NCBI GenBank assembly: GCA_965218095.1
Contig: OZ244587.1
Coordinates: 2,656,001 to 2,720,000 of the forward strand
Length of the DNA stretch: 64,000 bases
Origin: Candidatus Poribacteria bacterium
Lineage (GTDB): Bacteria; Poribacteria; WGA-4E; PCPOR2b
Direction: 5' to 3'
Part shown: positions 48,536 through 61,497 of the stretch, piece by piece
Layout of the letters: every line of letters begins with the position of its first letter
Position numbering within the stretch: the stretch's first letter is position 1
Program-made: the position numbers and the translations under genes
The notes under the pieces: model-generated
The model's input: the letters and a program-made list of their open reading frames with translations, nothing else
What the model was told of the DNA's origin: nothing
Database searches by the model: none

Positions 48536-48670
48536 TTAAGCAGTGAGAACTTTCCGTCCTTTTGCACGGCGTCGAGAGAGAACCTTTCGGCCATGCCGAT
48601 CGAACATCCGTTTACGGAAACCAAACTTGTTTTTTCGTTTGCGACGATGTGGTTGATATGTCCGTTTCAT
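48536..48670 (-). CDS. rpmH: 50S ribosomal protein L34
   Basis: [22 protein letters not shown]...[13 protein letters not shown]. Confidence 0.96.
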   Translation of the reverse strand: MKRTYQPHRRKRKNKFGFRKRMFDRHGRKVLSRRRAKGRKVLTA

Positions 48671-48724
48671 CAGAACCTTACTCCTAATATTAAAAATCCC
48701 AGGCAATGAACTCAAAGCGAAAGA

Positions 48725-48754
48725 ATGATAGTCTATTCGATCAGGATTTGTCAA
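48725..48754 (-). promoter_or_regulatory. Sigma70-like promoter for rpmH
   Basis: TTGACA-N18-TATCAT. Confidence 0.55.
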
Positions 48755-48922
48755 GCCTTTTTCCTCTGATAATCGCGTCTGATAATCAGGATTTTCAACT
48801 TGCGTAAAGTTGTGTTTCATGATATACTAAAGATATATTTCCTCAAGGGGAAACTGAACCTTAAACGCTCCGGGGCGCTGGATTCAGACCGGGTGATTAC
48901 CTTGATCTTTGGGTGAAGGCTT

Positions 48923-49151
48923 TGTGGACGAATTGTGGATAACTTGTGGGTAAGTTCCGATTTTTCTGACCCGGACTCATCCAAATTAAACCTGTTTTTA
49001 ATTTTTTTCACGCCCTCCCACGTTTGTTGGATGTTTCAGCTATTCCACATAGGCTCTATTGAACAGTTAACAATAGGCTCTATTGAACAGTTAACACCAT
49101 TTTGGGGGAGAGTATTAATTGTGGATAACTCTGTGGATAACTTGTGGATAT
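48923..49151. other. oriC part 1: DnaA-box cluster upstream of dnaA
   Basis: TGTGGATAA at 48934, 49120 and 49132; near-matches at 48923, 48945 and 49143. Confidence 0.85.
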
Positions 49152-49452
49152 AATTCAATCTCCCGTCTTGATTGATCAGCCTGAGCCCCTGACACACTTG
49201 TGTCTCATATAGATTTGCGTTAAGTCTATCTTCTTTCCCTATTGTATCCTGAAACGTTCAAAAAATTGCCACGGAATCCCGTCGCCTGCTTTAGCCATAG
49301 GGAGGTCGCACTACCCCAGGATTTCGCCCTGATAGATCGGCATAACCCCGCTACGTGGGATGCACGCCTGCCCTCGCGTAGCAGGGTCGAGTGAGGCAGT
49401 CGGTACCCCCGATTTTATCGGTCAACTGCACGAAAAATGCGGCATTTTCTGA

Positions 49453-49481
49453 TTGTCTGAATTTGATTCGTTGGTTATAAT
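49453..49481 (+). promoter_or_regulatory. Putative dnaA promoter
   Basis: TTGTCT-N17-TATAAT. Confidence 0.55.
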
Positions 49482-49531
49482 ATACCCAGAGCAACATAAT
49501 TTCCCTCAAGAAATCTTCCATAGGAATCACT

Positions 49532-50875
49532 ATGATGCGGTATACTCCTGATCGAATTTGGTTGGAAATCCTGTCTGAGCTCGGTGACGCCATCAGCGAA
49601 GATGTTTACTTGCGCCAAGCCAAACCTATAGCCCTCACAGAGAGTGAACTGACAGTTTCAGTGCCAAGTTTGTACACGCAAGAGCAGATTGGAAACCGCT
49701 TTCTTCCTGACATCAATAGTCTCTTAGAGAAACATATCGGTGCAAGCTGCAGGCTCAAACTCATCGCTGCAAAGCCTGATGCGAAAAGGTCTCCTGACGC
49801 TTCGGCTGCGCCTCCCACACCTGATGTGGCGTCCTCCCCTGAGAACAGTTTGAACCCTCAATATACTTTCGATCGGTTTGTCGTCGGAACCGGTAACCGT
49901 TTGAGCCATGCGGCTGCGCTTGCTGTTGCGGAAAACCCAGGCAAGATTTATAATCCACTTTTCATCTACGGTGGGGTCGGCTTGGGCAAGACTCACCTTC
50001 TGCATGCAATCGGCAATCGCATCCAGGAGATCCACCCCAACCCAAAAGTGTGTTATGTCACTTCTGAGACTTTCATGAATGAATACATCGACTCTATCAT
50101 CACTCGCACAACAGCCCTTGATTTCCGAAGCAAATACCGCACCGTTGATCTGTTCCTTATTGATGACATCCAATTTTTGCAGCGTAAAGAGGGAACCCAG
50201 GAGGAGTTTTTCCACACCTTCAATGAGTTGTATCAAAATTCAAATCATATTGTGATGACAAGCGATCGCCCGCCGAAAAACCTTGAAACCGTCGAAGAGC
50301 GGTTACGCTCCCGTTTTGAGTGGGGAATGGTCGCCGATATCAGTCCGCCACAATTTGAAACACGGGTCGCTATTCTCCGCCAAAAATGCGAAGACCATAA
50401 TTTAGAAAACGTTCCTGACAGTGTTTTAAGTTACATTGCGGAGGTCGTTCAAACAAATATTCGCGACCTGGAAGGAACACTCATCCGTGTTGTCACGGAA
50501 GCAAGCGTTTTTGAAGAGGAATTGACAGTCGATTTTGCCCGCAACGTGCTGAGTGATGTCACCTTACTACCTCCTCGGGCTCACCATCAAGCCATCACAG
50601 CAGAGGATATCCAAAAAACCGTCGCAAACTATTTCCGTATTAAAATCACCGACTTGAAATCCGCTACACGCACAAAGACCCTTGTTGTCCCCCGACAAAT
50701 TGCGATGTACCTCTGTCGCCAAATGACGAATCTTTCCCTCATGGAGATTGCTGCTGCTTTCGGACGGCGAGATCATACGACCGTTTTAAATGCGATATAT
50801 CGAACCGAAGAAAGCCTCCGGCAAGATCCGGAACTTGCCCAAACCATTAACTTTTTGATAGAAAACATAAAATAA
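49532..50875 (+). CDS. dnaA: Chromosomal replication initiator DnaA
   Basis: YTFDRFV.G..N, YNPLFIYGGVGLGKTHL, IDDIQF, RLRSRFEWG, RQIAMYL, RDHTTV. Confidence 0.98.
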   Translation: MMRYTPDRIWLEILSELGDAISEDVYLRQAKPIALTESELTVSVPSLYTQEQIGNRFLPDINSLLEKHIGASCRLKLIAAKPDAKRSPDASAAPPTPDVASSPENSLNPQYTFDRFVVGTGNRLSHAAALAVAENPGKIYNPLFIYGGVGLGKTHLLHAIGNRIQEIHPNPKVCYVTSETFMNEYIDSIITRTTALDFRSKYRTVDLFLIDDIQFLQRKEGTQEEFFHTFNELYQNSNHIVMTSDRPPKNLETVEERLRSRFEWGMVADISPPQFETRVAILRQKCEDHNLENVPDSVLSYIAEVVQTNIRDLEGTLIRVVTEASVFEEELTVDFARNVLSDVTLLPPRAHHQAITAEDIQKTVANYFRIKITDLKSATRTKTLVVPRQIAMYLCRQMTNLSLMEIAAAFGRRDHTTVLNAIYRTEESLRQDPELAQTINFLIENIK

Positions 50876-50912
50876 TGGAAACAAATACCACAAATCGTAA
50901 ATGTGGAGGATT

Positions 50913-51125
50913 TGTGGATAACTTTGTGGATAACCTGTGGATAGTTAGTGGAAGGATGTGGATGAATAGCAGGATGTGGATAAATTGTGGATAAGATACA
51001 GGGTTATCCACAATTTCCCCACAAGCGCCTCGCCAGTCAGAGTGGGTATTCTTGAGAGTTACCCACATATCCACAGTTCCTATTACTACTACTATAATTA
51101 ATTATTAATTAATATAAATAATAGA
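50913..51125. other. oriC part 2: DnaA boxes, DnaA-trio-like tract and AT-rich unwinding element
   Basis: TGTGGATAA at 50913, 50925, 50975 and 50986; TTATCCACA at 51004; ATATCCACA at 51067 followed by TATTACTACTACTATAATTAATTATTAATTAATATAAATA. Confidence 0.92.
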
Positions 51126-51199
51126 AAAGATGATGTGCGATGATTTTTGTCGAGAAGTGGAAATAAAAAATTGATGCATTAAATTAATTTTCAAGGAGG

Positions 51200-52309
51200 A
51201 TGAAGATGGAATTAACATTCATAAAAGAAGATCTGTTTAGGTCCATTCAAGTATTGCAAGGAGTTGCTGCCGGCAGGAATACACTCCCGATTTTATCGAA
51301 TGTCTTGATTCATGCGGCAAATGGACAGATTGAAATTACAGTAACAGATCTCGAAGTTGGCATCCGGATCGTTGTCCCCGGTGCCATCCTTGATGAAGGA
51401 TCAATTACCATATCCGCTAAAAAACTTGCTGAAATCGTTCGTGAGTTACCATCGGAGGAGATTAAGCTTTCAACAACGGCAAATGATCGGATTGAAATTA
51501 CCTGTGGGGAAGGGGTTTATAAAATTATCGGATTGCCCGATGATGAATTTCCGGATCTCCCCTCAATTCAAGGAGATTTTTTCACGATTGACGGTGAAGT
51601 GCTTTGTTCTATGATTAATAAAACGGAGTTTTCTGCTTCAACGGAGGAAACGCGATACTTCTTAAATGGACTTTATTTTGATCTGGCGCCAGAGATAACT
51701 CAAGTGGTTGCAACAGACGGACGCCGCCTCGCAATTGCATCCAGTGATACGCTGACACCTCCGCCTCAAGAACCCGTGGGCGTTATCATTCCACTTAAAG
51801 CGGTTAGGGAAATTGCGAAAACCTTCGCGGAATCAGCGGAGATAAAACTCTGCTTGCTGGAAAACCAGATCATTTTCGCTGATGATGATGCCACCCTGAC
51901 CTCTCGATTAGTCGAGGGTGAATATCCCAAGTATCAACAGATTATCCCTGTCGATAACGAAATTCACCTTACGCTCAATGTTGAAAAAACGCTTGGTGCC
52001 TTGAGGCGAGTTGCTCTGCTATCGAACCCGAAAACCTATTCCATTCGTCTGGACATTCAAGAGAGCAAGGCGAAGATTTCTGCGAAGACACCAGAGCTTG
52101 GAGAGGCTTATGAAACGGTAGAAGTCAAAAGCGGGGATGGGGAGATTGAGATAGCATTTGATGCACGTTTTCTGGTGGAAGCTGTGGGGCACATTCAAAC
52201 CGAGGATTTCCGTTTGGAGCTCAAGGACTCTCTCAGTGCGGCTGTCTTAAAGCCGGTCGGTAAGGACGATCATCTCTGCTTGATTATGCCAATGCGCCTT
52301 GAATCTTAA
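51200..52309 (+). CDS. dnaN: DNA polymerase III beta clamp
   Basis: TLPILSNV, TDLE, ETRYFLNG, VATDGRRL, GEYP.Y, LIMPMRL. Confidence 0.97.
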   Translation: MKMELTFIKEDLFRSIQVLQGVAAGRNTLPILSNVLIHAANGQIEITVTDLEVGIRIVVPGAILDEGSITISAKKLAEIVRELPSEEIKLSTTANDRIEITCGEGVYKIIGLPDDEFPDLPSIQGDFFTIDGEVLCSMINKTEFSASTEETRYFLNGLYFDLAPEITQVVATDGRRLAIASSDTLTPPPQEPVGVIIPLKAVREIAKTFAESAEIKLCLLENQIIFADDDATLTSRLVEGEYPKYQQIIPVDNEIHLTLNVEKTLGALRRVALLSNPKTYSIRLDIQESKAKISAKTPELGEAYETVEVKSGDGEIEIAFDARFLVEAVGHIQTEDFRLELKDSLSAAVLKPVGKDDHLCLIMPMRLES

Positions 52310-52325
52310 CTGATGTCTCACGACA

Positions 52326-53510
52326 ATGCGATTAAACCAACTTGTATTGCGTAATTTCCGTAGTTATGCTGATTGTGAGATTGGTTTTACGGATCGGGTG
52401 AACCTGATTATTGGGGAAAACGCGCAAGGAAAAACGACGCTCTTAGAAGCAATCTATTTCCTCAGCACGGCAAAATCACACCGAACCTATCCAGATGATG
52501 AACTGATACGGCATAACGAAAGCTGGTTTTACCTCAAAGGCGTTATTGCTGCTGCCGTTGAGGAGAAGGATTCGTATAAGAATCCGGATGTGCAAGATCT
52601 CCCGCCATCGAACCTGATGACGGTTGAAGTCTCAAACGAGTTGAGTAGCAAAAAGCGCTTCAAGTTCAATGGCGTTCTTCAGAAAAAGCTCTCTCAGTGG
52701 ATTGGTCAGTTCAACGTTGTTTTTTTCTCTCCTGAATCACTGACTTTAGTCAAGGGTGCCCCGGCAGACCGTCGGCGCTTTATTGATATTCTGATCTCCC
52801 AGATCAATTCGGCGTACTTGAACTCTCTCCAAAATTACCAATTTGCGCTCAAACAACGTAATGAGTTGCTGAAACAAATTCGGTCGAAACAGGCAAGTCC
52901 TGAATTTCTCGATCCTTGGGACGATTTGCTTATTGCTGATGGCATCTCCATTATCCAAACGCGATCGAGAATTTTGGCGCAATTAAAGGCTTATATTCAA
53001 GCCAAGCACGCTGAATTGACCGGAAATAGTGAAAAGCTCGAACTAACATACCAACCCTCCCCCGAAAAAATCGATGATGCGGTGACTCCAGAGGCGGCAG
53101 CCCTATTTCGCCGCAGCCTGGAATCTTCCCGATCTTACGATATCCTCCGTGGAACGACTTCATTGGGTCCACACCGGGATGACTTCAAATTGATATTAGA
53201 GGCACAGTCTGCCGGAACTATGTATCTTCGGGAAGCGAAGGCTTTTGGGTCGCAGGGACAACAACGGACAATTGCTTTAGCCCTCAAGCTGGGGGAGTTG
53301 GAATTAATACGTGAAACCACGAACAACCCCCCAATCGTTCTGCTGGATGACGTGTTCTCAGAACTGGATGAGGCGCGATCGGCATTTCTATTTGAGTTGT
53401 TACGGCGATTGAATGCACAAATATTTATCACTTCGACACGGCAAGAGGGATGGGCGCCAGTTTTTGGGGATTGTCGTGTGTTTACGGTGCATAATGGACA
53501 AGTCAACTGA
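52326..53510 (+). CDS. recF: DNA replication/repair protein RecF
   Basis: NFRSY, GENAQGKT, RRRFID, GPHRDD, SQGQQR, LLDDVFSELD. Confidence 0.96.
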   Translation: MRLNQLVLRNFRSYADCEIGFTDRVNLIIGENAQGKTTLLEAIYFLSTAKSHRTYPDDELIRHNESWFYLKGVIAAAVEEKDSYKNPDVQDLPPSNLMTVEVSNELSSKKRFKFNGVLQKKLSQWIGQFNVVFFSPESLTLVKGAPADRRRFIDILISQINSAYLNSLQNYQFALKQRNELLKQIRSKQASPEFLDPWDDLLIADGISIIQTRSRILAQLKAYIQAKHAELTGNSEKLELTYQPSPEKIDDAVTPEAAALFRRSLESSRSYDILRGTTSLGPHRDDFKLILEAQSAGTMYLREAKAFGSQGQQRTIALALKLGELELIRETTNNPPIVLLDDVFSELDEARSAFLFELLRRLNAQIFITSTRQEGWAPVFGDCRVFTVHNGQVN

Positions 53511-53994
53511 GAAAACACATCGGATTGATCACCTGCTTGACGGACTTCTTCGTGAGTATGGATTTGATTACAAAATTCTTGAGGTAAAAGTTTTTTCTGC
53601 CTGGAAGGAAGCTGTTGGTGCTCTTATTGCCCGTAATACCCAACCCATTTCATTGGTGAATGGGAGATTAACCGTTCATGCATCACACCACGTTTGGGTC
53701 AATGAACTCATGATGTTGAGGGAGCATGTGATTCAGAAAATCAATGACGCCGTTAGATACCCTGCGGTTAAAACTTTGGAATTCTCTGTAAAGCCGGTAA
53801 GTCAGTCTGCTCGCCCGAAAAGTCAACGTTTTCAGCGTCCGCAACGTCTAAAATTAGAGACAGTTGAGTTGGATCCAGAGACATTAGAACGCATCGATCA
53901 AACCGTCGCATCGGTCGAAGATCAAGATCTGAAAGCGCGTTTAAAGCGTCTTTTTATCAAACAGAGTCAGCGGGATTTAATTGATGAGAAATAG
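53494..53994 (+). CDS. DUF721/DciA-like protein
   Basis: W.EAVG..IA.NTQP..L.NG.L.V......W..EL; lies between recF and gyrB. Confidence 0.8.
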   Translation: MDKSTEKTHRIDHLLDGLLREYGFDYKILEVKVFSAWKEAVGALIARNTQPISLVNGRLTVHASHHVWVNELMMLREHVIQKINDAVRYPAVKTLEFSVKPVSQSARPKSQRFQRPQRLKLETVELDPETLERIDQTVASVEDQDLKARLKRLFIKQSQRDLIDEK

Positions 53995-54014
53995 ACAATC
54001 GACAAAAGGAGTAG

Positions 54015-56492
<2,478 letters not shown>

Positions 56493-56533
56493 GACGTGAA
56501 ATGTGGATGAGGCTTTCAGATTGAGAGAATCCC

Positions 56534-57007
56534 ATGATTCAAGAGTTAGATGTCGTGAATTGGCGTGACAGTGGGGTGAGAATAGTCTGCAGTGATCAGC
56601 TTGACATGAATACGCCGCAGACCCCCGGCATGACCCGTGCCGCTGCCATCAATCGTGCGACCGCTGGGGCAAACAAACTCTGGGCTGGCACAGTGAATAT
56701 TCAACCGAACGCGAAAACTGGCGCACACCATCATGGAGCGTTGGAAAGTGTGATTTATGTAGTGAATGGACGCGCACGTATGCGGTGGGGTGAGCAGCTT
56801 GAGTTTGTCGCAGAGGCGGGGCCTGGGGATTTTATCTATGTACCGCCCTTTGTGCCGCACCAGGAAATCAACGCGAGCACAAACGACCCCCTTTTCTGCG
56901 TCTTGGTGCGGAGTGATCAAGAACCGATTGTCATCAACTTGGATATTGAACCGGCGGAGCCACCGGAGGAAGTCTATTGGGTTGACCCGATCCACCCTGA
57001 ACCATAA
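56534..57007 (+). CDS. Cupin domain protein
   Basis: TGAHHHG.LESVIYV..G, GDFIYVPPFVPHQEIN. Confidence 0.88.
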   Translation: MIQELDVVNWRDSGVRIVCSDQLDMNTPQTPGMTRAAAINRATAGANKLWAGTVNIQPNAKTGAHHHGALESVIYVVNGRARMRWGEQLEFVAEAGPGDFIYVPPFVPHQEINASTNDPLFCVLVRSDQEPIVINLDIEPAEPPEEVYWVDPIHPEP

Positions 57008-57318
57008 TGAAAACTGCTTAAGGTGGCAACTTGGGTTTCTGAGTACTTTTCCGAGTACCCTTCCTGTGCAAACCGCCCAGAAATGAGTCCTAGCGTGAGT
57101 TCTCACCCTTTTTTGTCTCTATCAAATTCTCCCGTTTCCTCGGAAAAGTATGAAAAGTATGCAACTTCCGAGCATTTCTCAACGGTGTTTTTCAAGTAGC
57201 AACTTGGGTTTTTAAAACAGGTTCTTAAAGTCTTAGTTTCAGCAAGAAGAAATGCTGATCACGGTTCAAGAAATTGGGGTATTTTAGGACATACACTTGC
57301 CGGTAGATTATACAAGGA

Positions 57319-59772
57319 GTGAAGCAGAAAGTGCTAACACGGAACGATGAAAACTCAAATATTATCACGCGATATATTGAGGATGAGCTAAAGGAATCCT
57401 ACCTGACCTACGCGATGAGCGTCAATACCAACCGGGCGATTCCTGATCTCAGAGATGGATTGAAGCCGAGTACGCGACGCATCCTTTATGCGATGGGCGA
57501 GATAAACCTGACGGCGGGACGCTCCTATGACAAGTGTGCTGCTGTCGTTGGCGAGGTCATGAAGAACTACCATCCGCACGGCGATGGCCCAATCTACGAT
57601 ACGTTGGTTGGGTTGGTTCAAAATTTTGCCATGCGTTACCCCTTGGTTGACGGGCAGGGGAATTTTGGCTCGATTGACGACGACCCGCCGGGGGCGATGC
57701 GCTACACGGAATGCCGTTTGATGCGGATCGCAGATGAGATGTTGGCGGACATCCATAAAAATACCGTCGATTTTCAGCCAAATTATAAGGAGTCGACGAC
57801 CGAACCTACGGTGCTTCCGGCGCGACTACCAAACTTGCTGGTCAATGGAACGACGGGAATCGGGGTCGGATACTTAACGCGGATTCCGCCGCATAACCTG
57901 GGGGAGGTTGTCGATGGGTTAATTCTTTTGCTGGAGAATCCAGAGGCGACTCTTGAAGACCTCATGGCGTGTATCCTTGGGCCCGACTTCCCGACGGCTG
58001 GGCTGATTGTTGGACGCACTGGGATTCGTGACATATACGCCAAAGGCAGGGGCTCGGTCACGGTTCGAGGAAAAGCTGTTATTGAGCGGACGACGGGGGG
58101 AAGGGAGAACATCCTCATTACAGAGATTCCTTACCAGATTAAGAAAAATCAGTTGCTTCAGAAGATGCATGATCTGGTCATCAATAAGACGATTACGGGG
58201 ATTTCCGATATTCGTGACGAATCAGATCAAAACATTCGGGTGGTGGTTGAACTCAAGCGGGGCGAGATTGCACAAGTGGTCTTGAATCAGTTGTACAAGC
58301 ATACGCAGATGCAAACCAACTACAGTGCAATTGTGCTTTGCTTGGTTGAAGGGTTGCCCAAAGTACTGTCCCTGAAAGAGATTATGCGGTACTACCTCGA
58401 ACATCGTCGAGAGGTCATTCGCCGTCGGACTCAATTTGATCTCGACCACTGTGAGCGACGGGCGCACATTCTGGAAGGGTATCGCATCGCCTTAAACAAC
58501 ATTGAAGATGTGATTGAGATTGTGCAGACAGCGGAATCTCCGCAAGACGCCCGGGATCTGTTAATGGAGAATTATACCCTTTCAGAGGTTCAAGCAAATG
58601 AAATCTTAACCATGACGTTACGCCAATTGACGGGACTCGAACGGCAAAGGATTAACGATGAATACGCCAACTTGCTTGAGCGGATTGAAGAATTGCGGGC
58701 AATCCTTGGGAGTGAAATCCTCATCACAAATATCATCAAAGAGGAGTTCCTGGAACTGAAAACCAAATACGCCGATGAACGGCGAACCCAGATCGTGGAT
58801 GCGGCGACAGAGTTCGAGATTGAAGACCTGATTGCTGATGAAGAGATGGTTGTTGCTATCTCCCATGAAGGCTACATCAAGCGTGTGCCAATTACAACCT
58901 ATCGCTGTCAACATCGAGGCGGAATTGGCGTGATCGGCATGGGGGCCAAAGAGGGCGATTTTCTCGAACATGTCTTTGTGGCGTCGGCGCATCAATACAT
59001 CCTGTTCTTTACCGATCGGGGAAAATGCTATTGGCTGAAAGTATTTGAGATTCCCGAACGCAGTCGCACCTCAGCGGGACAGGCGATCGTGAATCTGCTT
59101 CGGTTAGAAAGTGATGAAAAGGTGACAGCGTTTGTGTCGGTCCGGGAGTTTAATGCTGATCAATTTGTCTTTATGGCGACGGAGAAAGGGATTGTCAAAA
59201 AATGCAGTCTCGAAGTCTTTAGCAGACCGTATTCTGCTGGGATTATTGCAATCAACCTCGACGAAGGAGATAAGCTAATTGAGGCTCAGTTGACGGAAGG
59301 TAATTACAACATTGTGTTGGTCACAAGGACTGGGCTATCCATCCGCTTCAATGAAAATGAGGTTCGCAGCATGGGGAGGACGGCAACAGGTGTTCGTGGG
59401 ATTCGCTTGGTGGATGATGATTTTGTTGTTGGCATGGTCGCCGTGGTTGATGAGAACAAAACGCTGTTGATTGTGACAGAGAACGGCTACGGCAAACGAA
59501 CGCTACTGGCAGATTATCGTTTGCAGGGACGGGCTGGAAAAGGCGTGATTGCCATCAAAACAAGTACCCGCAATGGCCCTGTTATCGCAATGAAAATCGT
59601 TTCGGATGGGGACGAACTGATTATCGTGAGTTCAAACGGCATGGTGACGCGCATGGCGGTGAATGATATCCGAACAATCGGGAGAAACACGCAAGGGGTG
59701 CGTTTAATGTCCTTGCATACGGATGAGATTGTTGTTGATGTTGGGAAGATCTCTAAAAATGACGATCATTAA
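57319..59772 (+). CDS. gyrA: DNA gyrase subunit A
   Basis: DGLKP..RR, YHPHGD, AMRYTE, GyrA box QHRGGIG and CTD repeats. Confidence 0.97.
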   Translation: MKQKVLTRNDENSNIITRYIEDELKESYLTYAMSVNTNRAIPDLRDGLKPSTRRILYAMGEINLTAGRSYDKCAAVVGEVMKNYHPHGDGPIYDTLVGLVQNFAMRYPLVDGQGNFGSIDDDPPGAMRYTECRLMRIADEMLADIHKNTVDFQPNYKESTTEPTVLPARLPNLLVNGTTGIGVGYLTRIPPHNLGEVVDGLILLLENPEATLEDLMACILGPDFPTAGLIVGRTGIRDIYAKGRGSVTVRGKAVIERTTGGRENILITEIPYQIKKNQLLQKMHDLVINKTITGISDIRDESDQNIRVVVELKRGEIAQVVLNQLYKHTQMQTNYSAIVLCLVEGLPKVLSLKEIMRYYLEHRREVIRRRTQFDLDHCERRAHILEGYRIALNNIEDVIEIVQTAESPQDARDLLMENYTLSEVQANEILTMTLRQLTGLERQRINDEYANLLERIEELRAILGSEILITNIIKEEFLELKTKYADERRTQIVDAATEFEIEDLIADEEMVVAISHEGYIKRVPITTYRCQHRGGIGVIGMGAKEGDFLEHVFVASAHQYILFFTDRGKCYWLKVFEIPERSRTSAGQAIVNLLRLESDEKVTAFVSVREFNADQFVFMATEKGIVKKCSLEVFSRPYSAGIIAINLDEGDKLIEAQLTEGNYNIVLVTRTGLSIRFNENEVRSMGRTATGVRGIRLVDDDFVVGMVAVVDENKTLLIVTENGYGKRTLLADYRLQGRAGKGVIAIKTSTRNGPVIAMKIVSDGDELIIVSSNGMVTRMAVNDIRTIGRNTQGVRLMSLHTDEIVVDVGKISKNDDH

Positions 59773-59876
59773 CAAACGGCGAATCGAAGCAGATCTTAAG
59801 CGTCAGGTGTTGTGCTCTACCCTGAACCTGAGCCCGACGTTTCACCTTTCGAGCCCCAGTTAGAAAGGGACTACCA

Positions 59877-61346
59877 GTGATGCGTTTATGTTCAACGGCA
59901 CTTCTCGTTATATTGACAGTGGTAAGGCCGGATGCTCAATTGAACGCCTCTGATGCAGCAGCAATGGAAGCAACGTGGGATAATGTTCAGGTAACTGATA
60001 GCCCGCTACGTTCCGAATATGAACCTGCAAAGCGGATTTACACCAACCTGATTTCAGCGACCTATCTGCGGGTGAGTGCAAAACTATCTCTCGCCAAACG
60101 AATGTATCGCGCAGTGTTGGACGAACATGAAGTGTCAGCCTTTGTCCACACACAACTGGCAAGCCTTAGCATGGAGATGCAAGACATCCCAACGGTGGAA
60201 CGGGCATGTCACAGAGCGATTGAGCTCGACCCTGAAAAGCCAACCCCTTATTTCTTGCTGGGGAAAATTCTGATTCAGCGTTATGGCAACGCTGCCAACA
60301 GAGATAAATGGGGCGATATTATTGCAGCATTCCAGAAGGTGGTCGAAGTAGATCCGGACCATTATGGTTTTGATCGAACTGGACGACCTTTCAGCGCATA
60401 CTACCATCTTGGAGAGATTTCAGAGCTCATGGGAGATGATAAATCTGCCGTGAATGCTTTCAAAGAACTTACCCGTATCATGCCTTACCAGGCGATGTTC
60501 TACTTACGATTGGGGAGTCTCTATAACCAATTAGAAAATAAACAGGAAGCGATAGCTGCTTATGAGCGAGCAGTCAAAATCAACCGCGATCTAAGGCAAG
60601 CACATGATGCGTTGGGACAGTTATCCGTTGAACAATATCAAAAATATGAAGAGCAAATCTATAGCCAGGCTGACCTGACGCCAGACCTGTTGGGATTGGC
60701 GAAAGAATCCCTTGAAAAAGCAATCCACTCTTATTCTGAACTGCACCGACTTGCGCCGCGAACAAATCAGCAGCGGTACAATAACTTGTTAAGAGCTTTC
60801 CGTACCCGTCTCGGGAGCCTTTATCTCTACTTTGAAAAAGCTGAAGAAGCACTCCAGGAGTTAAAGAAGGTCTTAGACGAAGATCCGGACCATGTCGATG
60901 CAAACTATTTTACCGGGATGGTTTATCAAGTGCTTGGGAATTTTGAGCAGGCTGAATCCTATCTCAGGAAAACAATCGTGCTTGCGCCTGAACGTGAGGA
61001 ATCCTATAATGCATTGGGCTACCTTTTTGCTGAATATGGAACTAAGCTAGACGAAGCTGTAGAACTGATCCAGAAGGCGCTCCAAAGGTCGCCAGAGAAT
61101 GGAGCGTACTTGGATAGCCTTGGCTGGGTGTATTTCAAGCAGGGCAATCTGGATGCTGCATTGACGCAACTTGAAAAGGCGGTTCGCTACATGCCACATA
61201 GCGCCGAAATCCAGGACCATTTGGGGGAAGTGTATTTGAAAAAAGGGCTCAAGCAAAAAGCAATTTCGGCGTGGCAAAAAGCGATTCAACTAGAGCCGGA
61301 CGATACGGCGATTCGGGAGAAGTTGAGAAAGCACCAAGAAGAGTGA
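59877..61346 (+). CDS. TPR protein
   Basis: YNALGY..A, AYLDSLGWVYFKQG, DHLGEVY. Confidence 0.85.
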   Translation: MMRLCSTALLVILTVVRPDAQLNASDAAAMEATWDNVQVTDSPLRSEYEPAKRIYTNLISATYLRVSAKLSLAKRMYRAVLDEHEVSAFVHTQLASLSMEMQDIPTVERACHRAIELDPEKPTPYFLLGKILIQRYGNAANRDKWGDIIAAFQKVVEVDPDHYGFDRTGRPFSAYYHLGEISELMGDDKSAVNAFKELTRIMPYQAMFYLRLGSLYNQLENKQEAIAAYERAVKINRDLRQAHDALGQLSVEQYQKYEEQIYSQADLTPDLLGLAKESLEKAIHSYSELHRLAPRTNQQRYNNLLRAFRTRLGSLYLYFEKAEEALQELKKVLDEDPDHVDANYFTGMVYQVLGNFEQAESYLRKTIVLAPEREESYNALGYLFAEYGTKLDEAVELIQKALQRSPENGAYLDSLGWVYFKQGNLDAALTQLEKAVRYMPHSAEIQDHLGEVYLKKGLKQKAISAWQKAIQLEPDDTAIREKLRKHQEE

Positions 61347-61355
61347 ACTCTGAAA

Positions 61356-61497
61356 AATGAGGAAATGGGGACATGAGAAAATGGGGATATGACGTGTTCA
61401 TGAGTTCATTAGTTCATGAGTTCATTCAGGGCGTGTGGAATGGGCGATCTGTTTCACGTTTCACGTTTCACGTTTTACGCTTTACGCTTTACGTTTT
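61356..61497. repeat. Stacked short tandem repeats (8-mers and TTTCACG-type 7-mers)
   Basis: AAATGAGG/AAATGGGG, (GTTCATGA)n, (TTTCACG)3 then (YTTTACG)3. Confidence 0.8.
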
